Below the pieces are notes generated by a model. That model was given only the letters and a program-made list of their open reading frames with translations, did no database searches and was not told the DNA's origin. Shown piece after piece: positions 1-11,345 of a stretch of DNA of 20,000 nucleotides; position 1 is the stretch's first letter, and each line of letters opens with the position of its first letter. Where the stretch lies: assembly GCA_001662655.1 (NCBI GenBank), contig KV460218.1; one strand, written 5' to 3'. Position numbers and translations under genes: made by a program. Source of the stretch: Pseudogymnoascus verrucosus (taxonomy: Eukaryota).

Positions 1-1601
1 GCTCTTGGTCTCGCTTTGGACTCTTCTTGGCCTCTTGGAGTCTTGGACTTTAAGAACTCCATAGCAGTTGGAACAGTTCCACCGAAGTGTGGCCGGAAAA
101 AATGGATTGCGATCGACGGTATGTACATACGGCATCACCGGTTTATGTGGCGTACAAAAGGGGCCTTGGCCTCTTAATACTGATTATACGAAACCGGAAG
201 GTGGTCCGACGGTCGGTGCGTGAATTGATCATATATTGAGGATGTTAGGATGAGGAAGTAAGGTTGTCAATAGGTACTTTGTAATTGGTGCGCATCATTA
301 CTGATGGTATGTACAGTTGTTCTACTCCATGAGATGAGTAGTCGCGTTCGCGTCAGTGGTGCTCCTTTTGGGACATCCAAGTCATGTCTTAGACGACATC
401 CATACAGAACAAGACGGTATTATAGTCTACTACTGACTCGTGTTTGATGTTGGCGATAGATATTGAGTATCCTATACATCTCATGAATAAAGATCTTACA
501 GTGCTGTGAACTGTGAGTAGACGTACTATGTACTCTAAACTCCTGCATTCCGCTGACCGAAGTTGACAGAGGGGCTACTCTGCTCTGGACTCACTGACAC
601 TAGGTTGCCCCCCACACGCGACCTATGAGAATTAAGTGCCAAGGGTTGACAAGCGGAAGGATTCATTTATGTATGTGGGGATGTTGATGGAACGGTTACA
701 GCGATGAGCACTCTATTGAACGGTACTGCTCAAGTAGCTGCGGTATGTGCGATTAACGCGCCGGGATGTGTTCACGGGTGTTGTGTGGCGCATGAGGCTC
801 TCGCCAGTGCCGGTTGCTATTGCCATTAACTGACGGCCCCCGCAGACGTCAATCCATCTTCCAGCCCCCGGACGAAGAGCGCGGCCGTTGATTACCGCTG
901 TGGTTTCTACACAAGTTATCAGTCCATACCGAATACGACATATAACCAACTCTATGCCCCCGTTATGCACTTATAATGCGATGGGTTGATCTTGTTTCCA
1001 GCCAAGATAGCAGACCAACCGCCAAGTGTCAGCTTTCGAACCACTTTGAGTCAAACAGCGAAGGAATGAAAACGCCAATATTTATTTGATGGTACGAGTT
1101 GTCCGTAACAGCGTTGAATGACCCACTGGTACAGGCTGTCATGGCTACAATTGCCACAAAGCCACATGAGATGGAGCACCTACATGTACGCTCGACCCTT
1201 GCGACGGGAGTCTGGGCGAACTACTGCACCAGAAAGGTAGCAGCAGATTAGGCAATGAGTGATAGTGCAAGGGAATCCCCTTTCTCCACCACCTCCAATC
1301 CCCAGTATGCGCGATTGGCCCGATGCCTCGCCGCTCTCCACTGCCCCTCTCGCTACCGCTGGCGTTCTCTGAGACATGCCTGGCGACGTTACAGAGTTGC
1401 CCTTCTTTACCGGAAGGGGCATTCCGGTTTGTTTATCTTTCGTGCAGCAGATGACGATGGGGCGCGCTTGGTGGTTCGGTGCCCAGGAACACAATATCTC
1501 CAGCTTATTTGATTCGTTACGTATGACAGTTTGTACCCCCATGGCTGGCCTAGGGACCCCTTAGCCATACCACCTTACCATCATCCACCCATCATCTCCC
1601 T

Positions 1602-1637
1602 GCGGGGTGTGGGGTGCGGAGTACAGACAATGCGGAG
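1602..1637 (+). promoter_or_regulatory. Cluster of four SYGGRG (CreA/Cre1-type carbon catabolite repression) motifs upstream of the sugar transporter
   Basis: GCGGGG 1602-1607, GTGGGG 1609-1614, GCGGAG 1616-1621 and GCGGAG 1632-1637, all in the same orientation, about 150-190 bp upstream of the ATG. A further reverse-strand copy, CCCCGC, is at 1745-1750. Confidence 0.6.
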
Positions 1638-1690
1638 GTCTCAGCGATAGCTTCCTTGGCGAGGCCTGCCATCACCGTATGGAAAGAAAA

Positions 1691-1700
1691 TATTTATATA
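1691..1700 (+). promoter_or_regulatory. TATA-like element of the transporter promoter
   Basis: TATTTATATA about 90-100 bp upstream of ATG 1790, followed by a pyrimidine-rich stretch. Confidence 0.45.
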
Positions 1701-1789
1701 TCCCAGACGTCTGTCAGTTTTTCTAGGACCTCTCAAGCAACCTACCCCGCCTTCACATTGCCCTCCCAGCAGACGAACTGAGAGACAAT

Positions 1790-4029
1790 ATGGCGCCCGA
1801 AATCGCGACGTCGAAGCCCATTCAGGACACAGCTGATGGGCCAACTTCCGAGTATGAGTGTCTTATAATTCTTGCGCTGCTGTTTACTGACACGCCCCTG
1901 CAGAGAATACAAGCGCACATCCTCTGAGGAGGGTCATCACGCTGACCATGTTAACCTGAACGCGAATCTTGAGGCGAGGTAAGCATTTTTTTATAACTTA
2001 TCTATCCGAAATGATTCTCATATTAGGCTCGCGCATTGAGCACGCGAGCGCAACAGCACTCATGCTACGCCTTTGCATCTTTACTTAACTTTGATGCAAG
2101 AACTGACGAGTAATCTAGAATCCAAAATCCTCTCGCCGCAATTCCTAGGGAGACCCTTTTCCGCCAAGTCGATGCTTTTGCCGAAGAGAAGGGGCTCACT
2201 GAGCACACTGAACTCATCCGCAAGGGCGCTCTTGTGGCACAAGACCCAACAAACTACGAGGACATCGAGGGCGAGTACGCCCTCAGCCCCTTGGAAGTTG
2301 AAGACCTCCGCAATGAGGTCCTCCACAAATGGCGCCAGCCCAGAGCCCTCTACTTCACCATCATCACATGTTCGATCGGTGCTGCCGTGCAGGGTTGGGA
2401 TCAAACCGGCTCCAACGGCGCAAACTTGGCCTTCCACAAAGTCTTCGGCATTGACGATACCGCGCTCCGCGATACGTTCATCGTTGGTGTTGTGAATGCT
2501 GCTCCTTATATTGCGTCCGCCTTCGTGGGATGCTGGCTCTCTGACCCGCTGAACCACTACTTTGGTCGCCGTGGCGCAATCTTCTTCTCTGCTATCTTCT
2601 GTCTCTTCCCAGTCATCGGCTCTGCATTCACGCAAACCTGGCAAGAACTCCTAGCCTGCCGCCTGCTCATGGGAATTGGTATGGGCGCCAAAGCATCTAC
2701 TGTCCCCATCTACGCCGCCGAAAACAGCCCTGCTTCAATCCGTGGCGCCCTCGTCATGACATGGCAGCTGTGGACGGCCTTTGGTATCTTCGTCGGATTT
2801 GCCGCTAACCTCGCTGTGGCGAAGACGGGTGCCATCGCATGGCGCCTGCAACTCGGATCTGCCTTCATCCCAGCCGTGCCTTTGCTTATTCTCATCTACT
2901 ATTGCCCCGAATCCCCCCGTTGGCTTATGAAGAAGAACCGCTACCAAAAGGCCTTCGACTCGCTGCTCAAGCTGCGCAATAACCCCCTCCAAGCCGCTCG
3001 CGACCTGTACTACATCCACAGCCAGCTCGAGATTGAGCAAATGATCATTGGCGACAGCAACTACGTCACCCGCTTCATCCAGCTCTTCACGATCCCACGA
3101 GTCCGCCGCGCGACCCTCGCGTCCTTCACCGTCATGATTGCACAGCAGATGTGCGGTATCAACATCATCGCGTTCTACTCGTCTTCAGTGTTTGAGGAGA
3201 ACGGCGCCGATGCCTTCCACGCCCTCCTCGCATCCTTCGGTTTCGGTCTCGTTAACTTCGTCTTCGCCTGGCCCGCTATCTGGACTATAGACACCTTTGG
3301 TCGCCGCTCTCTCCTCCTCTTCACATTCCCCAACATGGCTTGGTGTTTGCTCGCTGCGGGACTGTGTAGTCTCATCCCCCTTGAGAATATCGCCCATCTT
3401 GCTACCGTGGCTATGTTCATCTACATCTTCGCCGCCTTCTACAGCCCCGGCGAGGGACCCGTCCCCTTCGCCTACAGTGCTGAGGTGTTCCCTCTCTCCC
3501 ACCGCGAAGTCGGTATGGGCTGGGCCGTTGCTACCTGTTTCTTCTGGGCTGCTGTCCTAGGTATCACTTGGCCCACCATGGTCCAGGCCATGACCACCAC
3601 TGTAAGCCTCTCTCAACCACTCCCCCGTACATCGTAAATTTTCAACCTAACTTAATCTCTCAGGGCGCATTCTGCTTTTACGCCGGTCTCAACATCGTCG
3701 CTTTCGTCATGATCTTCCTCTGGGTCCCCGAGACGAAGCAACGCACACTCGAGGAACTGGACTACATCTTCGCCGTCCCAACACGCACACACATGCACTA
3801 CCAGATCACCAAGGCCCTGCCGTGGTTTTTCAACAAGTACATTATGCGCCGTGATGTTGTGCTTGAGCCGTTATACAAGTTTGATAATAACAGCCACAAC
3901 GACCGTCTTGAGGAGATGAAGGCCAACGATGCGGCAAGGAAGGAGAGGAGGGAGAAGGCTGCTGCAGACCAGCTGCAGCCGTCCCCGACAGAGTCTACGG
4001 ATAAGGTTATTGTGGAGACTAAGGAGTAG
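1790..4029 (+). CDS. MFS sugar porter family transporter (polyol/pentose/myo-inositol transporter-like), about 661 aa; exons 1790-1851, 1904-1978, 2119-3601, 3664-4029
   Basis: ATG at 1790 (MAPEIATSK). Introns 1852-1903 (GTATGA..CTGAC..CAG), 1979-2118 (GTAAGC..CTGAC..TAG) and 3602-3663 (GTAAGC..CAG) join into one frame of 1986 nt. Sugar-porter motifs: [71 protein letters not shown], plus many hydrophobic helices. Substrate cannot be determined from sequence. Confidence 0.95.
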
Positions 4030-4319
4030 ATAGGTGGTTGGGACTAGAGAGGATATATATTGGGGGTAGAGGGTTGGAGGAGGAGGGATGGGGGATTTCA
4101 TTCACGATACCACTTTTATTAAATCACATTCGTTTCCTACACTTTCTGTTTCTAGTGACATTTTGACTATGTTTACACTTGACTGATATCTTCCGCTGGC
4201 GCCACCAAGAGAAGTCCACTGATTCCGGCGTTATATTGTGAGTGGATAAGTAATGGAGGCGCACCTTCGTTGGGACCTGGGGACTCAATTGCCGTTTTGG
4301 CTGCCGTGTAGTTGGTCTC

Positions 4320-4393
4320 TCTTGTCAATGCGGGTGCTTTTCTTGTTACCGCGCAACTTTTCTCGTCGCCACGCATCTGTTCTTGTCGCCACG
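4320..4393. repeat. Degenerate tandem repeat, period about 20 bp, about 3.5 copies
   Basis: TCTTGTCAATGCGGGTGCTTT (4320), TCTTGTTACCGCGCAACTTT (4341), TCTCGTCGCCACGCATCTGT (4361), TCTTGTCGCCACG (4381). Confidence 0.6.
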
Positions 4394-4714
4394 TAGGTCA
4401 CCCCACGGCATTGATGGTGCCATCATCCATTTGTTGCTGGCAGCAGCTTCTGCAATCGCTAGTACAGATCCAGTAGCCCGACCTCTCGGTATTAGCTTCT
4501 TCTTGTGAACAAGCCTTTTTCGAATTGTAGGGAGGGAGAGAAGAAGAACAAGAGGAAAGGGCGGAGGGTATGGCATATATAATCACGTATGGCGTCGACA
4601 AACGGAGCAAGCAGCACTAGTAATTCAGAACGCTCCTTGCTATCTATGCAGATGATATACACAACCCCCCCTTTTACTCCACATCCCCCCCCCTTTTTCT
4701 CCCCCAACCCCCAC

Positions 4715-7700
4715 CTATGTCGGCGCAGGAAACTCATCCTCCAACTTCAACCTCACCAACACATTCATACTCAACAACTCCTGCACCAACAACTTCGCCG
4801 CATACGGCATCACCATCCTCGCCACCCCCCCTTTCCTACACGTCTGACACCACCCCTGGTACCCCATCAACCCACACCTCTCACAAACATCAACCTCATG
4901 CGCATCCGAACTCAACATCAACCTCTCCAACAACAACTGACTAGCTCCATACGCAATCAAACAATCTCTCTCCATCTCACCCAATCTCAACCCACCCTGT
5001 CTCGACCTACCCTCCGTGGGCTGGCGCGTCAAAATCGCCCTGGGACCCCTAGATCTCGAATGCAATTTATCCTGCACCATATGCTTAAGCTTCTGGTAGT
5101 AAATCGGCCCCATAAACACATACGCCGGCAACGCCTCCCCAGTAATCCCACTCGTCAGGAACTCCTTCCCCGCATAAGCATACCCAGCATCCACGAGTCC
5201 CTGCCCCATCTCCTCGACTTTGGAACCACCAAAACACGTCCCGTACTCGTGGGTGCCGCGGATGACGCCGGATTTCCCGGAGAGGAGCTCCAGCATCTTG
5301 CCGACTGTCATACGGGACGGGAATCCGTGGGGGTTCATGATGATGTCCGGGGTGATGCCGGTGTCGGCAAAGGGGAGGTCTTGGGCGGGCGCGATGAGCC
5401 CGACGACTCCTTTTTGTCCGTGGCGGGAGGAGAATTTGTCGCCGAGCTCGGGGCGCCGGGTTTGTCGCGTTTGCACTTTGATGACTGTGCTTTCGTTTTC
5501 GGTTTGGGAGATTAGGATTTTATCGATGTAGGCTGGGTCGGGGAGGCGGTACGACATGGATGCGTCTTTCATGTCAGAGCTGCGCCCGGAATCGGAACCG
5601 ATCCCTGTTGAGGAGGTGTTGAGGGGCGTCTCCTTCTTGACGTACACGTCGCCGTTGCGGGCGATCTCGCCGACGTGCGCGAGTCCGTCGGCGCCGAGGA
5701 GCTGGTGCTTCTCGATGGGCACCGTAGCGCCGTCTGATGCGCGAACCTCGAAATCTCGGTCACCGATGCGGTCTGCGCTGCGGTTGGCGTATTTGAGGAG
5801 CTTGGTGGCGTATTTACGGAGGACCTGGCAGCGACCGAAGCCGCGGTCGAGGGAGGCGCGGTTGAGGACTAAGGCATCCTCAATATCGTATCCGGAGTAG
5901 GACATGACGGCCACGATGGCGTTTTGGCCAGCAGGTAGTTTGTCGTAGCGGATGAGCTCGATGGTGCGGGTCTTGACCATGGGAGCCTGTGGGTACACCA
6001 TGAGGTAGAGGAGAGTGTCGATACGTGCGAATTGGTTGTAGGCGATTGCGCCGATGGCTTGCTTACCCATAGCACATTGGTAGGTGTTACGTGGGGACTG
6101 GTTGTGGTGGGGGTAGGGAATGAGACCCGCGACGGCGCCGAGGATGGTGAAGGGCTCGATCTCGAGATGCGTGGTTGCGGGTGTGATGGCGTTTTCGTAC
6201 AGGGCGATCATGGCGTCGTTCTCTTCGTTACAGTCGATGTACTCGACGAGGCCGCGGTAGAGGAAGTCGTCGAACTCCATGGTGCCATCGCGGAGGGCTG
6301 CGAGGTGGTGGTCTTTTATCCGCGGTATGCCGTTTGTGACGATGATAAGGGGCCGACAGATGCGGCCCTCGTCGGTGGCGATGTGGACGGAGCTTGTGTG
6401 GTGGTTGATGTAACAACTCACGAACTCAGATACACGACCCGTACGACGGAAGGTCTTGAAGCCCGCCAGGAAAGCCTTTGGTTTCCTGGTCAAGGCAAGA
6501 GGCGTACCGTTGATAAAGATAACATAAGCACCATCGTCGTAAATCTCCTTTCCGCTCATAGACACAATATCCTCAGCACCAAGAACAAAGACCAGTTTGC
6601 GCACAGGCTCCTCATCATCGTTGGTAGTAATATGCGTCATGAGCGCCAAATTCTTAACAAGACCACAAGCCTCACCTTCAGGCGTATCAGACGGACACAG
6701 CATACCAAACTGCGAAGGCTGCAGCGCACGCGGACCAGACACCTTGCGCGTCTTCTCGAACTGCGAACTAATACGCGTCATCATGCCCAAGGCGGCGATA
6801 TAACTCAACCGACTCAGCACATGCGTCACACCCGCGCGCTCCATCTTGAAACGCTTCAAACTCCAGTTACCCGTCGAGATAGCGCGGTTCATGCCCTGCG
6901 TGATGTAGTTGCCATGAGACTGCATGTGCTGGTAGGCGTCGAACTCGTTGGTGCGGTTCGGCTTCTTGAGCACCTTGTCGATGTTCATCTTGAGGTCCGA
7001 GTTGAACTTCTTGAACAGATCCTCGAAGAGGAGAGATAGCAGCTGACCTGCAAGTTCGAGACGCTTGTTACCGACGTAATCGCGGTCGTCTACGAGTTTG
7101 GGGTCGTGCATCGCCATCAGCACACGTCGAACCATGAAGCACACGTATAGCGCCTTGGGTCTGAAATCCAGGCCCACGACGGGAACGTGGGTGATAACGA
7201 TATTCGCCAATGCCTCCAGCCCATCCTGTGCGAAGTTTCGCCGTTGCGGTTGCCCGAACCTGCTCTTCCCCATCTTAACCCTTCCTCCAATCCACTCCAG
7301 CGCCTGCTGCTGCGAGAAGATACCCAGCTTAGCCGCCTCCTCGAAGTTGACAGCAAAGTCATCCTGGTACGTCGCATCCGTTCCCGCAACAAGCAGCAAC
7401 ATCTCGTGATCAGACTGCACACCCATAGCCTTCAGTGCAATGACAATCGGCACCGCCTCAGTGAGTACGTTATGCTGCAGATATATCCTCTCCTTCTTCA
7501 ACACCACATAACTCTTCGACTTCCTCTCATGCGTCGAACTCGTCACCGACGCCGAAACCATCGACTTTTTCGCATCTGTCTCCACAATCACTCGATTCTT
7601 GCTCAATTGCTCCTGCACCAAAATAACCTTCTCCGTACCGTTAACGATAAAGTATCCTCCTGGATCCAAGGCGCACTCGTTCATGTATGCGAGTTGCCCG

Positions 7701-8605
7701 TCGTTGCGCCCTGTTAGGCGGCACTTGGAACTCTTAAGCATGATGGGCATGCGCCCGATGGGGATGCCGCGGCGAGCGACAATGCGTTTTCCGCGCACGT
7801 ACTTTATGTCCACGAAGATGGGGGCGGCGTAAGTGAGGTCGCGGAGACGGCACTCGTTAGGTGTGACATCGTTGAGGGGTTTGCGGTCATCGTAGTCGAG
7901 GCGTTCTGGGGCGCCAACACGAATGTCTGTGTATCTATGAGAGAATCAAAGTTAGTGGCCTGCAATAGTATTCCCCGGGAAGTGGAAGGAGAGACGTACT
8001 CAAGCCAGAAGGTATTATCCACATCACTCCTAACGAACTTATTCGCCTTCAAAATATCCTTAATCTCATGATCGACAAAATAATTAAACGAGTCGATATG
8101 CTGCTTCACCAACCCCTTCACCTTCAAAAAGGCCGGAAGCAAATTCCACTTATCCTGTTGTAAAACACCCCATCATCAGCAACCATCATCATCATCGTCT
8201 AAAAAACCCCATTTTCGAGAAGAGCACATACCTTCGCCGTATCAATCGGATCCGTCAAGCTCTTCCCCCCATAAAACGGCTCCAACAGCGCCTCAAATCC
8301 CTACATTTCACCATTTGTCAGCCATTCATCCTCCCCAATTTGGAGGGGGCAACCAGTCATCACCGCCAGTGCAAACATACATCATTCCCCACCGGCCTCT
8401 GGGCCTCCGCCCTCTCCCTCCTCGCCGCCTTCTTCCTCCCCTCCTCCGTACTCAGATCAAACTCCTCCCTTATCTTCTCAACCTGTTCACCCGTTAGCCC
8501 CCCTCCCTCTGACTCCTTGCGCGGGGCATCATCACGCACCTCGGGCGCCGGCGGCACAGCCGCTGCAGCCGGGGCAGCAGCAGCAGCGCGTTTCCTCGGA
8601 GGCAT
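4715..8605 (-). CDS. RPC2: DNA-directed RNA polymerase III second-largest subunit (C128/RET1/POLR3B orthologue), about 1222 aa; exons 8605-8381, 8300-8232, 8154-8000, 7934-4715
   Basis: Rpb2-family motifs [63 protein letters not shown] and a C-terminal zinc ribbon (CERCG..CQTC). Pol III-type signatures [47 protein letters not shown] and SSTHERKSK. Introns 8380-8301 (GTATGT..TAG), 8231-8155 (GTATGT..CAG) and 7999-7935 (GTACGT..TAG) give a continuous 3669-nt frame. Confidence 0.97.
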
Positions 8606-11296
8606 ATAGAAGCCTTATGTATTTCGTCTCTCGAGTGGGGGGTATATGCTACCTAACGTCGCGGCGCATGGTTGTGTGGTTTCGGAGGCGTGGGTTGGCG
8701 GAGTTTGACGGGCTGTGAGTGGTTTTGTCGCCCACCATTGGGAAAAGTTGAGGTGAAGCTTGCTGATGGGGCTAAGATAAGATAAGAGATAGGTGGGTGG
8801 TGGTGGTGGTACACGCATGTGGAAAAAGGTACGGAGGTACGGGGTGGGATGGAGGTAGCCGGAACGGAGAATCTTTGTTCAGAAAGAAGGCGCTGAGGCT
8901 GTAAGGCAGCAGGGAGATGGGATGGGGGTACTAACGCGATACAGACTAGCGTCAATGGGCATTGCGAGGGAGGCAAAGGCGCGTATAGGATTGGTTGGGC
9001 GGCTTGCTCACCGCCTCCTGTGTTGAGACCCCGCCTGGCAAGTGGGATGAGAGATGGTGCAGGAGCGACCCCACGTCGACGGCGGCTTGGCTGGTTCGGG
9101 TGTATGGTTACTTGATGAGGGAGGTGGGTGGGATGGAGGGGTTGGGATGCAGGTTGGTATCGCTAGGAGCGGGGTATGAGATACGATGGATGGATGAGAG
9201 GGGAGCTGCGAAGTGCCGTCGGTGAGAGGGTAGAGGGGAGACGGGAGAGGGAGGAGGGAGGAGAGGGTGGTACTGAGGGCAGAGAGAGGGGGCTGACAAT
9301 ATTCGAGATACTGGTTCGCAGCTGTGTATGTGTGTTGTGCCGGTGAGAGACAGATGCGAGACAGCTGAGGGGGGGTAATACAACATCCATCATCTCGTCA
9401 CTACATCCCACTCGTCCACGCCTCAACCTGCAGCCAGAGCCGCAGCGCACATACAGATCACCCCTCTTCATCCCCCCATCGAGACAGACGTGCTGTGTGC
9501 GCTTGCGCGAAGCAAGGAAAGCCAGCTGTGGGGAGCGTTGCGCAGCGGAGCTGCACAGCGCACCGCGGGGTCTATCCATCCCATGTCTGAGTCCTTGCGC
9601 CGGCGTGCTGCACGTATGCATGAGTCCACATAGGGTAGGGCAGGGCAGGGCGAGGCAGGGAATCGGATGTCTTGTGGTCTGCGAGGGAGATCTCGTGGGG
9701 GTGTCGACGGGGTAATGTGACTTACTGCGAGGAACGAGAGGTATATGTATGAGAGAGCAACAGGAAGGTTTAAGTATGCACCCTCCCTCCTCGCTCCCAC
9801 CTCGCTCCCTCTATCTGTGTTGTGTTGTGTTGTGTGTCTTGCATCATCGCGGCGCTGATTGCGTCCGTCACTTGCATCACAGGGGCGCGGCGGCTGCGGC
9901 GTGGCGGAACGGAAGGGGTCGCGTAGGGTTTCCGGCGTGGGTGGTTGGTGATTGGACATCTCTGTCCGTTTCGGGGTATGGTTCGCGATGGGAGGGGTTC
10001 AGAGGTGCTTTCTGCGGGTGCATATGGGACGAACAGACAGCCAGCCAGCCAGACAACCAGGCAGACAAGACAAGACAGGACAGACTCAGTTTACCTAGGT
10101 AAGTAAGCAGGCGGGGGGAGAAAAAAAAAACGTACGAGCGACGGCGTTTAGAGTTCCTGATGCGTTTCAGATGCACCGCTATCTCTCGCACAGGCCGCCG
10201 GCGGGTGCAGCGCAACGTAGCTTCTTTCTTCTTCTTCTTCTTCTCCTTCTTTGACGGGGCGGGCGGGGGTGATCGGGCCTAAAGTGTGAAGGTAGGGTGC
10301 TCTAGTGCGTTGGGTAAATGGGTCAATTCCTCGTCTCATCGCCCAAGCGAACAAAACAATGGGTTGTCCCGCTCCGTCGTCCGTCCATTCCTACGAGCAA
10401 CGGTGGGTAAGTAGGTAAGCCTGGGGAAGCGTGGGATGGGATAGATGGGGGTTTGAAGGTAATATATGTGTCGAGGTAATATAATATATATAATATAGAG
10501 GAATTGGATTGACACGGGGGTGAGGTTTGTGAGTTGCACGAGTCAGAAGCATGCAGTATGGCGTGGGTTGACAGCTTGGCTGGGCGGGCGGCGGTTGTAG
10601 CGGTTGTATCCGTGGATTGGTGTACCTGATTTTGAACAACGCAGAGGATGTCTTGAAGGGAGAGACAGAGACAGAGACAGCAAGGTGGACGAAGGATCCT
10701 TTTGAATCGATATATTTCTGGGATCTGTCGGCGGTTTATATCAGATCCGAGTCTCAACAATGCGCGTATCGTATAGCCTAGGCCGCACGGTTGTATTGTG
10801 GATGTAGTGGAACCGCAACAGCGAAGCAAAAAATGGCCTGAGAGAAGTGACTTTGCAGTCTCGTACTCGTCCCATTGGCGCCGAAGAGACGATGGATCCC
10901 CCACCCCCTTGTTACTGTAGCCCCTGACGGGTCGGCGCCTGTTGCCCACCCACCACTGTGTGCCCACCGCTCAATTGAACCCAATGGAACCATTTCAACC
11001 TTTTTGTCAGCCAGAAGAGTACAGAACGGATGGGCTTGATGGCCATACAAATATAGGTGGAGTGGCCGAGGGGCGGCTAGAGAGAAAGTATTTGTGTGTA
11101 AGCAGAGCAAAGTCGTGTCGACAGCGGCGGTGGAGTGAGCGCTATCTGCTGCTTAGTTAGTTACTACTCTAGCAAAGCGTACGATGCGGTGAAGAGAAGC
11201 CGCCGCTGCCCATACTGCTGTAACCTCTCCCTCTCCCTCGTGCCTCGTCCGATTTTGGGCGTGGAGAGTGTGCCCAACGGCGCTGGGTATATACTA

Positions 11297-11345
11297 AGAG
11301 TTACTACTAGAGTTACTACTAGAATTACTAGAGTTAGTAGAGTAC
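11297..11345. repeat. Short tandem repeat (AGAGTTACTACT)x2 followed by three decaying copies
   Basis: AGAGTTACTACT 11297-11308 and 11309-11320, AGAATTACT 11321-11329, AGAGTTAGT 11330-11338, AGAGTAC 11339-11345. An isolated AGTTACTACT is also present at 11159-11168. Confidence 0.8.

Noticed and set aside
1020..1070. TTCGAACC (T-loop-like on minus) and CAGCGAAGGA (resembles the 3' end of a TPP riboswitch)
   Set aside because: No T-stem or cloverleaf can be formed; the CUGAGA and UGAU..GAUAAU elements of a TPP aptamer are missing.
2011..2106. Possible C/D snoRNA in transporter intron 2 (ATGATT..CTGA)
   Set aside because: The C box deviates from RUGAUGA, the CUGA coincides with the branch point, and no terminal stem is visible.
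2081..3502. Minus-strand ORFs over the transporter (2081-2644, 2735-3040, 3185-3502)
   Set aside because: Antisense shadows of the transporter CDS.
4589..7717. Long plus-strand ORFs (4589-5515, 6032-7039, 7187-7717)
   Set aside because: Antisense shadows of RPC2 caused by its biased codon usage; no recognisable protein features.
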